From contig OY759746.1 in NCBI GenBank assembly GCA_963662795.1, positions 3,744,001 to 3,808,000 of the forward strand: a stretch of 64,000 bases of DNA. Reading direction: 5' to 3'. Positions 10,929 through 19,919 of this stretch are shown piece after piece. The DNA comes from Spirochaetia bacterium. GTDB taxonomy: Bacteria > Spirochaetota > Spirochaetia > CADAEX01. Both the position numbers and the translations under genes were made by a program. The notes under the pieces were generated by a model, which worked only from the letters and a program-made list of their open reading frames with translations, was not told the origin of the DNA and did not search any database. Each line of letters opens with the position of its first letter. Position 1 is the stretch's first letter.

Positions 10929-11654
10929 TTAACAATCCAGAGGGTATTCTTTTCTTATGATTGCTGCATGAACCATCTGAGTCAAGGTCAAAATGTCAAA
11001 GACAGGTTTGTTGATAAGCTTCTGAATATCTCTGGCAAAAGGCGGGAGGTCAGTACATTCAATAAGCAATGCTCCAATATCCGAATTTTCCTCATAAAGT
11101 TTTCCTACCTCAAATAAAACCTTTTCTCTAAGAAGATCAATATTTAAATCTGTTCTGGTTCTGTCGATAATGACACTCCGGAATTCTTCATGCTGCATCA
11201 TACCAGCAACACAGTGAGGAATGTTTTTAGCATTTACAATTTCAAGATAATCCGGGGTAAAACTTTTTTTATCCGCGACAAGAATCCCCAGTTTCTTTCC
11301 ACCAATCATTTGCGAAATAAGTGGAATCTGCATGATACTTGAAATATACACAGGAACATTAACTTCTGCCGCAATTTTGTTCTGAAGCAGAGCCATAAAC
11401 CCACAGCTTCCTGTTATAGCTTTAACACCCATCGCTTCAAGTTCTTTTGCGCCTTCAATAAACTTGGGCAGAAGATTTGCGCATTTATCTCGAACAACAA
11501 TATCAGGTGTCGCTCCTTCCAATACTTTAAATACAACAGGAAAATCATAAGAATGATGATTTTTTATATGGCCTGGTACTTTGTAGTAATAGGACTCAAG
11601 AACCAAGATACCAATTTCTGCCCCATAACAATTAGGTCCACCTTTTAAGATCAT
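10929..11654 (-). CDS. Aspartate/glutamate/hydantoin racemase-superfamily protein
   Basis: Two catalytic-type Cys motifs, 'ITGSCGF' and 'LIECTDLPP'; N-terminal 'IGILVLE...PG' typical of this subfamily. Confidence 0.85.
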   Translation of the reverse strand: MILKGGPNCYGAEIGILVLESYYYKVPGHIKNHHSYDFPVVFKVLEGATPDIVVRDKCANLLPKFIEGAKELEAMGVKAITGSCGFMALLQNKIAAEVNVPVYISSIMQIPLISQMIGGKKLGILVADKKSFTPDYLEIVNAKNIPHCVAGMMQHEEFRSVIIDRTRTDLNIDLLREKVLFEVGKLYEENSDIGALLIECTDLPPFARDIQKLINKPVFDILTLTQMVHAAIIRKEYPLDC

Positions 11655-11670
11655 ATTTAACTCCAGATAA

Positions 11671-12654
11671 TTATTTAATTATTCCTTTTTCTTTATAATA
11701 CTTTACTGCACCCGGGTGTAAAGGAATATTCCCCATCATATTGGTAGCTGTTTCCAGACTGATTTTCTTTGCCTGATCGTGAACTGCCCGAACCTCTTCG
11801 ATCCCTTTAAACATTCCATCTAGAAAATCATAAACAACCTTGTCCGGGACGGATGAAATTGCGCAGATTGTACTTCCTGTTGTAAATACTTCAACATCTT
11901 CGTCCATTCCATTATATGTTCCTGCAGGTATTGTACCAAATCCGTACCAAGGGAATTTTTTACTGAATTCAATTTTATCTTTAACAGGATCTTTAAACCC
12001 AAGCAGGTTGATAGGCCTTGAAGAAGCAAGTTCAATTATTCCACTGGCCGGCCATGCAGTAGCATATCCTGCAACATCAAGGTGCCTGTCTTTCATTGCA
12101 GCAACCCTTTCAGTATGCGAGAGGGGTCTCCAGTCAACATCTTTTGTTGTAAGCCCGTAAAAAGAAAGTATTTCCTCATACTGTATAAGGTCGCCTGAAC
12201 CAGGAGATCCAGGTGCTATAGCTTTCCCTTTAAGATCTGCAAAAGTCTTAATCCCGCTATCTTTCCATGAGACTGCCTGAAGAGCTGTTGGGAAAAGGTT
12301 GCAAACAAATCTTACATCCTTCCAAGGTTCTTCACCTTTGAAATATTGAGTTCCGCTCCAGGCATATTCATTTATAGCTGTATTGATCATCCCAAATTGA
12401 TATTCTTTTTGTTTCATTAACCGGATATTTTCTGTTGATCCACCTGAGGCCTGAACTGTGATTTTAGAATCAGTGTACTTGGACACCTGTGTAACAATTG
12501 TAGCAGCAACCGGATACCAGCTACCGGTCATTCCTGAAGTCCCCATTACAATTCCTTTGGAATCTGTTGTTTCTACTTTTTCAGCATTGCCTGTCGCGAA
12601 AACAATATTGCCAAGCAAACAAAAACTGATAAGCACCATTAAAATTTTTTTCAT
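11671..12654 (-). CDS. TAXI-family TRAP solute-binding protein
   Basis: Signal peptide ending 'FATGNAE'; 'GTSGMTGSWYP', 'SGGSTENI', 'GSPGSG', 'IPAGTY' and 'PLHPGAVKYYKEKG'. Confidence 0.95.
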   Translation of the reverse strand: MKKILMVLISFCLLGNIVFATGNAEKVETTDSKGIVMGTSGMTGSWYPVAATIVTQVSKYTDSKITVQASGGSTENIRLMKQKEYQFGMINTAINEYAWSGTQYFKGEEPWKDVRFVCNLFPTALQAVSWKDSGIKTFADLKGKAIAPGSPGSGDLIQYEEILSFYGLTTKDVDWRPLSHTERVAAMKDRHLDVAGYATAWPASGIIELASSRPINLLGFKDPVKDKIEFSKKFPWYGFGTIPAGTYNGMDEDVEVFTTGSTICAISSVPDKVVYDFLDGMFKGIEEVRAVHDQAKKISLETATNMMGNIPLHPGAVKYYKEKGIIK

Positions 12655-12692
12655 CTTGTTTCTCCTTTTCTCTTTTTTATTAAAAAAAGACG

Positions 12693-13694
12693 TTATACAA
12701 CATCTTTTTCAGTATCCATAAGGTTAAGCAGTTTTCCAATATTTTTCTCCTCAGCCATTTTAAATAATTCTTTGCATAGTGCGACATCGTGAAGACCAAG
12801 TCCGAAGTTGTGATCAAGTATGGTTTCATGATCATTCACACGTCCAGGTTTCATACCTGCGACTATCTCTCCGAGCTGAGCATAGGGTCCTGCAGGAAGT
12901 TTTGAATAATATCCTTCATTTTCAACATTTGTTTCATAAAACTGTCTCCAGTCATCAACAATAAATTTATCCGCGACAAACGGAAAATCTTTTGTCCATC
13001 CGCTTGTGTGAACCGGCATTACAAGAGCACCTTTTTTAACCCACGCCCTGTCAAAAACAGGTTTAGTTATTTTTCCGGTGCAGGTTATAATTATATCAGA
13101 ATCCCTGATTGCAGCTTCTGCTGTCGACTCAACTGTAATCTCAAGACTGCTTCTATCATTTACATAAGTTTTGAAAGTTTTTATCATATTTACATCAATA
13201 TCAAAAACTTTTACTTTTTCCAGAGTAGGAATAATCTTTTTCATATTTGCAGCATGTATTCTTCCCTGAATTCCAGTTCCGATAATCGTAAAAGTTTTAG
13301 CGTTCCCGGGAGCCAGCCATTTTGCCGCAACCGCAGATACAGCTGCTGTTCTTATTCCTGTAGTCCAGGCACAGTCGAGAATCGCCAATGGAAAACCAGT
13401 GGAATCATCATTGATAATATTGACTCCGGTAATTCCCGGAAGTCCCTTTGCCGCATTGGCCGAAAATCCACTTACCCATTTAATACCGGCAGCCTTAAAC
13501 CTTGGTAAATAAGCAGGCATGGCATGAAAAAAAGATTTTGAATCAGGATGTATAGCTGGTTTTTTTGGATTTACAAAATAACCGTTAGCGTGTTCCACAA
13601 GAACTTTTTCGATTATACTTACCACAAAGTCAAATTCTAGATTCATCGAAATGATATCTTCATGTGAAACGTATCTAAGTTGAATAATGCTCAT
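12693..13694 (-). CDS. Ornithine cyclodeaminase/mu-crystallin family enzyme (imine reductase-like)
   Basis: HAMPAY, GIKWVS, TGIRTAAVSAVA, IIGTGIQG (NAD binding), LGEIVAG.KPGR and GLGLHDVA. Confidence 0.92.
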   Translation of the reverse strand: MSIIQLRYVSHEDIISMNLEFDFVVSIIEKVLVEHANGYFVNPKKPAIHPDSKSFFHAMPAYLPRFKAAGIKWVSGFSANAAKGLPGITGVNIINDDSTGFPLAILDCAWTTGIRTAAVSAVAAKWLAPGNAKTFTIIGTGIQGRIHAANMKKIIPTLEKVKVFDIDVNMIKTFKTYVNDRSSLEITVESTAEAAIRDSDIIITCTGKITKPVFDRAWVKKGALVMPVHTSGWTKDFPFVADKFIVDDWRQFYETNVENEGYYSKLPAGPYAQLGEIVAGMKPGRVNDHETILDHNFGLGLHDVALCKELFKMAEEKNIGKLLNLMDTEKDVV

Positions 13695-14036
13695 TGTTTT
13701 CCTCTTTTTTTAGACTTAAGACAGTTAATCACTCGGATGGAGATACTGCAAATTTTTTTTGAAAAAAGATAATTTATATCTATTTTTTAAATCAAATACA
13801 TATACTTCTTAAATGATAATAGTTTTTTTTACATGCGATGAAGCTGAGAGGCTGGTGATTATAAATGTTTTTAATTAATCCTGGCACTGTATCTTGTCTA
13901 CCGTTCAATAGTGAGTAACCAAACTGATTTTAGTGAGGAAACCCTTTCAGGTAAATGTTCGGGGTATATCGATTATATTTTCCAGGTTACAGAAAGTTTT
14001 AAGAACTAAATCCCCATAATGAAAAAATACACTTCT

Positions 14037-15473
14037 TTATACAAGCAAAAAGGATTTGCCATCCCTTTTGCGAAGGTCTTCAGGTTTTAATCCAAGTTCT
14101 CTTTCGAGAATAGCCATCACTTGCGGTCCGCAGAAACCGCCCTGGCAGCGGCCAAGGCCCGGCCGGCATCTCCGTTTTACAGCATCCATTGTCCTTGCAC
14201 CTAAAGGCCGGTGGATAGCCTGTATGATTTCAGCCTCGGTAATTGTTTCACAACGGCAGATAATGTGGCCATAATGGGAATTCTGCTTAATAAGACAGCT
14301 TTTCTCATCTAAAGACGCTTCCTTGAAACTTACAATTCTTCTACGCTTGCGTATATAACCATTCCGCCGTTCCAGCACCAGGCCAGCATCCTGCATATAC
14401 TGCATAACATATTTGGCAATAGAAAGACTGCCTGTAAGACCGGAAGAACGGATTCCGGAAATACCGACATAGCCGGGTACTTTTCGGGAAACAAGGATAT
14501 TATACCCCTCAGGATCACGGGCAGGACGCAACCCGGTAAACTGTGTTATTGTATCTTCGATATGAAGATCAGGCACCATTTGTTTGGCCGTAGCTATCAG
14601 TTCCTGAAAACCGTCAAATGTTGTTTTTTTATCATCCTTGTCTTGAAGATCTTCCGCAGTAGCGCCCAGAAGTATATTACCTTCCGAAGTTGGAACAACA
14701 TTTGCACCCCGCAGTGTCGGAGAGGGGACAAGTCCTATGATATGTTTGACTTTCACACTGGTTTCCCTGTCCAGCAAAATAAAATGACCTTTCCTGGGAT
14801 AAATCTTAAAATCGCATTCTCCCACCATCTTTGCAATTTCATCACAATAAAGCCCAGCTGAGTTAATAACCCATTTGGCTTTAAATTCTCCTTTTGTTGT
14901 AATAACTTTCTCCATTACTCCATTATTGACTTCGATATCCAGAACTTTACAATCGAGAAAAAATTCAACACCGTTTTCAGCCGCATTTTCCGCCTGGGCA
15001 ATTATATACTCAAAAACATTAACATGCGATGTACGGGCGTCATATATACCTGCTAATACTGCGGGATTAATATTTGGTTCCATTTCGAGAATTTCTTCGC
15101 GGGTTACTGGCTCGAGATCCTGAACATTATTGTCGAAACCCTTTTTAAGCATTAAAGGAATTCTCTCTTTCTGTTCCTCATTGATTGCTATTATTAACAT
15201 GCCGCAATGGTTTATTGGTATATCAAGATCTTCGCAAAGCTTGTATGACATCGGCTTTGCAGCTGGAGCAATTTTCCCTTCCAGTGTAAAAGGCGGTACT
15301 GAATATTCTGTGCTTATAAGACCTGTACAGGACTTTGAAGCATCACCGCCTATATCATCTTTCTTGTCAATAACGATGACTTTTAGTTTATATTTGGAAA
15401 ATTCACGAGCCAGGGCAATCCCTACCGCTCCAGCACCGATTATTAATATATCTGAATTATACACGATAATCAT
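14037..15473 (-). CDS. FAD-dependent dehydrogenase (GlpA/LhgO-like) with C-terminal BFD-like [2Fe-2S] domain
   Basis: IIGAGAVG, PRKG, FTGLRP; 'ICRCETITEAEI...GLGRCQGGFC' Fe-S motif. Confidence 0.9.
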   Translation of the reverse strand: MIIVYNSDILIIGAGAVGIALAREFSKYKLKVIVIDKKDDIGGDASKSCTGLISTEYSVPPFTLEGKIAPAAKPMSYKLCEDLDIPINHCGMLIIAINEEQKERIPLMLKKGFDNNVQDLEPVTREEILEMEPNINPAVLAGIYDARTSHVNVFEYIIAQAENAAENGVEFFLDCKVLDIEVNNGVMEKVITTKGEFKAKWVINSAGLYCDEIAKMVGECDFKIYPRKGHFILLDRETSVKVKHIIGLVPSPTLRGANVVPTSEGNILLGATAEDLQDKDDKKTTFDGFQELIATAKQMVPDLHIEDTITQFTGLRPARDPEGYNILVSRKVPGYVGISGIRSSGLTGSLSIAKYVMQYMQDAGLVLERRNGYIRKRRRIVSFKEASLDEKSCLIKQNSHYGHIICRCETITEAEIIQAIHRPLGARTMDAVKRRCRPGLGRCQGGFCGPQVMAILERELGLKPEDLRKRDGKSFLLV

Positions 15474-15838
15474 TTCTCCTTATTGATAGACATACAGGTA
15501 ACTATATCTATACCTGTGCCAAGAATGTCTGAAATTATTACCTGATTTATTTTCACCGGGGCTTCTATGGAAATCTTTTTGATTGCTTTCATACACTCAA
15601 AAATAATTTCTTTCGGAATCGGTTTTGTAGACCTCACTGGCATCATTCTTCTTCCATACGCTGCAAGAAGCTTTACTGAAGATGTAAGAATTCTGCAGGG
15701 ATTGATAAACTCACGTTTTGAGTATTCATACCCTCTTTTGCAGAGGTTATTGTTTATCTTGATAATTCCCGTCCCTTCTTCTTCAACCTTTATTCTGCAT
15801 CCTCGGGGACAAATAATACAGATTATCTCTTTTACCAT
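15470..15838 (-). CDS. DUF1667 small Cys-rich (Fe-S/metal-binding) subunit
   Basis: 'CIICPRGC...NLCKRG..Y...E...P.R.LTS.V' pattern; overlaps both neighbours. Confidence 0.88.
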   Translation of the reverse strand: MVKEIICIICPRGCRIKVEEEGTGIIKINNNLCKRGYEYSKREFINPCRILTSSVKLLAAYGRRMMPVRSTKPIPKEIIFECMKAIKKISIEAPVKINQVIISDILGTGIDIVTCMSINKEK

Positions 15839-17091
15839 TATGCAATCTCCCTTACACTGACTTTTATAGGTGTAGCAAGTCTGGAAATATCGTTTTTATT
15901 AATCAATATAGATTCAATTTCGCCGGGATTTACAGCAACAGCTTTGTGTTTGTAAATACAGCTCCCATCTGCTTCTGCTATTATCTCTGTATCTTTCATT
16001 GGAGAAAGCACTCTAAAAAAAAGCTTTACATCCTCCTCTTTATCAACAACAATTTTCTTAGGGCAGACATATCTGACATTATTTCCAGTGTTAACTTCAA
16101 CGACTCTGCCTTCCTGAAGTTTTCCTTTTGCAAATAACGCGGCATGCATACCTGCGTTTTCACTTTCTCGGGAAACGTTATCAACGAGATCATTCACGTG
16201 AAGCACATTTCCGCAGGCAAATATTGAATCAACATTTGTCTGCATATACTGATTAACCTCAGCACCCCTTGTAATTTCCGACAGCTTGATACCTACTGTT
16301 TTTGAGAGTTCATTTTCCGGAATAAGCCCTACCGAAAGCAGAAGCGTATCGCATTCAATGTCAAATTTTTTAACCATTATCGGCTTGCAGTCAGTATCAA
16401 CCGGAGCGACAGTTACGCTTGTAATCCTGTCTATTCCTGTAATATCGATTATTGTATGTGACAGCATTAAAGGAATATTAAAATCGTTTAGACACTGAAC
16501 CAGGTTTCTCGTCAGCCCTGCGAGGTAAGGAAGTATTTCCACAACTGCTTTTACAGTTCCACCCTCTAGGGTAAGACGTCTTGCCATAATCATTCCGATA
16601 TCGCCTGAACCAAGTATGACAATATTTTTACCTACCATATCACCGTAAATATTCAAAAGCTTTTGTGCTGTCCCGGCAGTGTAGATACCTGCCGGGCGCA
16701 TACCCGGTATCATTAAGTTAGCCCGTGTTCTTTCGCGGCATCCCATAGCCAGAACATAAGCCCCAGCCATAATATTAATCATCCCTTTTTTCCCTACACA
16801 ATAAAGATTATTACCCCTGAATTCGAGTGCCATTGTTTCGGATAAAAATTCTATTTTCAGTTTTACTGTCTGATCTATAAAGCGTTGCATATATTCAGGC
16901 CCTGTCAATTCACGGTTAAAATAACTGAGACCGAACCCTGGATGAATACATTGCTGAAGGATCCCCCCCATATGGCTGTCTCTTTCTATGATAACTACTT
17001 TTTTTGCTCCTGTTTTTTTCGCGGAAACTGCCGCGGACAGACCTGCAGGTCCAGCACCAATTACTGCAACATCACAAACCAGCTCTTCCAT
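15838..17091 (-). CDS. NAD(P)/FAD-dependent (pyridine nucleotide-disulfide) oxidoreductase subunit
   Basis: IGAGPAG, GGILQQCIHPGFG, ELTGPEY, AMGCRERTR, GSGDIGMIMARR and GNVLHVNDLVD. Start placed at ATG 17091 (AGGAG RBS). Confidence 0.92.
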   Translation of the reverse strand: MEELVCDVAVIGAGPAGLSAAVSAKKTGAKKVVIIERDSHMGGILQQCIHPGFGLSYFNRELTGPEYMQRFIDQTVKLKIEFLSETMALEFRGNNLYCVGKKGMINIMAGAYVLAMGCRERTRANLMIPGMRPAGIYTAGTAQKLLNIYGDMVGKNIVILGSGDIGMIMARRLTLEGGTVKAVVEILPYLAGLTRNLVQCLNDFNIPLMLSHTIIDITGIDRITSVTVAPVDTDCKPIMVKKFDIECDTLLLSVGLIPENELSKTVGIKLSEITRGAEVNQYMQTNVDSIFACGNVLHVNDLVDNVSRESENAGMHAALFAKGKLQEGRVVEVNTGNNVRYVCPKKIVVDKEEDVKLFFRVLSPMKDTEIIAEADGSCIYKHKAVAVNPGEIESILINKNDISRLATPIKVSVREIA

Positions 17092-17126
17092 ATAAAACAC
17101 TCCTGCAAAAAATCAAACGTAACTTT

Positions 17127-17157
17127 TAGATAAATAAACTGTCTGTTTATTTATCTA
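17127..17157. promoter_or_regulatory. Perfect 13-bp inverted repeat, candidate operator
   Basis: tagataaataaac-tgtct-gtttatttatcta, about 35 nt upstream of the oxidoreductase start. Confidence 0.65.
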
Positions 17158-17325
17158 CTAATCAAACACAGCGGATAAAACTTCTGAAGTTTTACGCCTA
17201 TGTATACACTTCCGTATTATCAGGCTATTACTTGTAAATTATCCTTTATAATGAAGAGGTAATCAATTATTACTGATTATTTTACGTGATTGATTAATAT
17301 TGTTTATGAGAATCATTTACAATAT

Positions 17326-18960
17326 TTAAATTGACCTCGCATCAAACTCTCTTTTCTGCTGATCAACTGCAAGCTTCATACCTGTGGGAGTGGTTGTCGT
17401 ACCAATACCTTTGCAGCCGCAAATAATCTTCCCTACCTTGAGAAGAGCATCGCACATTTCTCCAAATGGAATTACAGCGTCAAAACCTGCCACAACCGTG
17501 TTGGCGCTTACTACAGCAGTAGCTGTGGCGCTCATGTTTCTTGCAATACACGGAACCTGAACCAGCCCGGCAACAGGATCACACACAAGCCCCAGGAGAC
17601 TTTGAAGAGAAAGTGAGGCAGCATCGCAGGACTGCTTGACCGTACCGCCCATCATTTGAACTAAAGCCCCGGATGCCATCGCGGCTGCACTACCTATTTC
17701 AGCCTGGCAGCCGAATTCCCCACCGGAAAAACTGTTGTCTTTTGCCATGCAGACACCTATTACTCCGGCGGACAGAAGTGCTTTGACAACCTCTTTTCTT
17801 TCAGAGCAGAAATACTCACCAGTACTGTAAATTACAGCCGGAACTATCCCTGCCGAACCTCCTGTCGGTATACAGACAATAAGGCCGGCGGCATTGCTGT
17901 ATTCCATAACAGCCAGAGAAACCGGAACCGCGATATCAAGGATTCCCATGGGAACAGTTTTTGGTTTTTCTGAATTTTCCGTAAACCGACTAAGCATCTT
18001 TCCCGCTTTCGGAGTTACAATACCATTTATTTCAAAACACCCTTCTTTTCCTTTAATAATTGATTTATTAATTATTTCCCATAAATGATCTGCATAATCA
18101 AAAATCTCACTGCTCGTCCATCCGGTTACCGCTGATTCATACATTACCGCCGCTTCCCACAACGAATAGTTATTTTCTTCAATATATTTCATCATTTCAT
18201 CATAGGAAGAAAAAGGAAGTTCTGTGTTATTGCGGTATACTGCCGGATAAACAGGGCCCAGGCAGGAGATATTCCCCGATCCGGTAATATTCTTCAATTC
18301 TTCCAGAAAATCCGGTTGAAACGGTAAATTGCTTTTTATCCCCAAAAGTGAAACTTTGCCGCTACCTTTCGTAAAATATAATTCGACCTTTGTTGTAATT
18401 TTTTTCTTCAAGGTATCAGCAATATTACGCAATTCTTTTTCTGTTTTTCTGCTGAAAAAAACTAGAATCTCATGGCAATCCCCACGCAATTCAAGAGAGC
18501 AGTCATCGATTTCAAGTAGCACAACTGTACCTCCGCCTGTCGAATCAGCAATAATATGATGAATATTATTTCCCTCTTTGTCTGCGATCAGAATATTCAT
18601 CCCCTTCATGGTTCCTGTGCCTTGCCAGCTTTCAGTATCAAAAGAAAACTTAATTCCTTCATCTTCAGCATTTTTATAGGCACTGAAAAAATCAGGCACT
18701 TCGCAGGGTTTTCCCAGTAGCCCGTTTATAAATGCCAAATCGCTTTTCATACCCAGAAAGGTTCTTTTGAAGCTTGTTGAAGCAGCAAGCTTAATGTCAA
18801 ATTTTAATGGATATGAAGATTTTTCAACCTGACTCAAAAGCTGTCTTAAAAGAGACCCTATGCGAAAAGGGGCCGCCGTATTTGAACTCGAAGGGCCGAT
18901 TGCAACAGGACCAAGGACATGATTAAAAATTGAAGGATTTGTTTTCATTTTATTCTCCAT
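17326..18960 (-). CDS. Fe-S-dependent L-serine ammonia-lyase family protein, fused beta and alpha subunits (atypical)
   Basis: Beta-type 'GPVAIGPSSSNTA' and 'STGGG'; alpha-type 'PTGGSAGIVP', 'GCQAEIG' and 'GLVCDPVAGLVQVPCIARN' (three Cys ligands). Confidence 0.88.
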   Translation of the reverse strand: MENKMKTNPSIFNHVLGPVAIGPSSSNTAAPFRIGSLLRQLLSQVEKSSYPLKFDIKLAASTSFKRTFLGMKSDLAFINGLLGKPCEVPDFFSAYKNAEDEGIKFSFDTESWQGTGTMKGMNILIADKEGNNIHHIIADSTGGGTVVLLEIDDCSLELRGDCHEILVFFSRKTEKELRNIADTLKKKITTKVELYFTKGSGKVSLLGIKSNLPFQPDFLEELKNITGSGNISCLGPVYPAVYRNNTELPFSSYDEMMKYIEENNYSLWEAAVMYESAVTGWTSSEIFDYADHLWEIINKSIIKGKEGCFEINGIVTPKAGKMLSRFTENSEKPKTVPMGILDIAVPVSLAVMEYSNAAGLIVCIPTGGSAGIVPAVIYSTGEYFCSERKEVVKALLSAGVIGVCMAKDNSFSGGEFGCQAEIGSAAAMASGALVQMMGGTVKQSCDAASLSLQSLLGLVCDPVAGLVQVPCIARNMSATATAVVSANTVVAGFDAVIPFGEMCDALLKVGKIICGCKGIGTTTTPTGMKLAVDQQKREFDARSI

Positions 18961-18987
18961 AAGGCAGGAAACTCAGGATTAATACTG

Positions 18988-19917
18988 TTACCGGGTAATC
19001 CCCATTTCTTTTATTGCTTTTTTATTGTAATCACCGCACCACTCTTCAATCTCATCAAAAACCTGCCTCAAAGATGAGGAAATATACTTTTCCTTGTGAT
19101 AAATAAGATAGTAATGACGATATAACCCGCCTTTAATCGGAATAATTCTGGGGTTTCTGTTTGTAACATAACTTTCTGCGACATGCCTTGATAAAATCGA
19201 TATTCCCAGATTGTTCTTTATAAGCTCTATAATCGGTTTAATTAAATCAATCTCTTCAATTATGTTAAACTTTATATTGTGCATCTCCGTGTATTCATTA
19301 ATAACAATTCTCGATGTTCCTGATATCTCATGCATAATCATATTCTGATTTTCAAAATCCAGTGGATTTATTACAGCTTTCCCGGAAAGCGGATGGTCAG
19401 GATGGCATATTACGCACAGAGAATCTCTGATAAGAGGTTTTACGACAAGTTTTGAATTTTTAACTTTGAGGGCAACAACACCAAAATCTGTTTCCATGTT
19501 TTCTACTTTTTTAATGATTTCACTGCTTTTTGCCGACATAAGCTGGATAAAAATATTGGGATATTTCCGGTTGATATTCAACAGTATCTTATCAAAATAA
19601 TATTCTGAGAAGGGAAAAGTCGCGAATACACTGACATTTTCGCTGAATGCATTTTGATTGTCTGAAATAATATCTTCAATCTCTTTCTTTAAGGAAAAAA
19701 GCTGTTCACATTTAGGATAAACAGCTTTTCCCGCTTGAGTAAGAAATATTTTTTTCCCAATAATCTCAAAAAACTGTATTCCGCATTTTTCATGAAAATC
19801 TTTAATCTGAAGGCTTACTGCAGCCTGTGATATATTGAGTTCTTTTGCGGCTTTGGTAATTGAATTAAACTTTGAAATATTATAGAAAATATGCAAATGA
19901 TGCAGGTTTAAGTTCAT
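18988..19917 (-). CDS. LysR-family transcriptional regulator
   Basis: 'HLHIFY...SITKAAKELNISQAAVSLQIK' wHTH plus a substrate-binding domain. Confidence 0.95.
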   Translation of the reverse strand: MNLNLHHLHIFYNISKFNSITKAAKELNISQAAVSLQIKDFHEKCGIQFFEIIGKKIFLTQAGKAVYPKCEQLFSLKKEIEDIISDNQNAFSENVSVFATFPFSEYYFDKILLNINRKYPNIFIQLMSAKSSEIIKKVENMETDFGVVALKVKNSKLVVKPLIRDSLCVICHPDHPLSGKAVINPLDFENQNMIMHEISGTSRIVINEYTEMHNIKFNIIEEIDLIKPIIELIKNNLGISILSRHVAESYVTNRNPRIIPIKGGLYRHYYLIYHKEKYISSSLRQVFDEIEEWCGDYNKKAIKEMGITR

Positions 19918-19919
19918 AA

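Noticed and set aside
13874-13900. TGGCAC-containing sequence as a sigma54 promoter
   Set aside because: No GC at the -12 position with correct spacing, and it faces away from the flanking genes.
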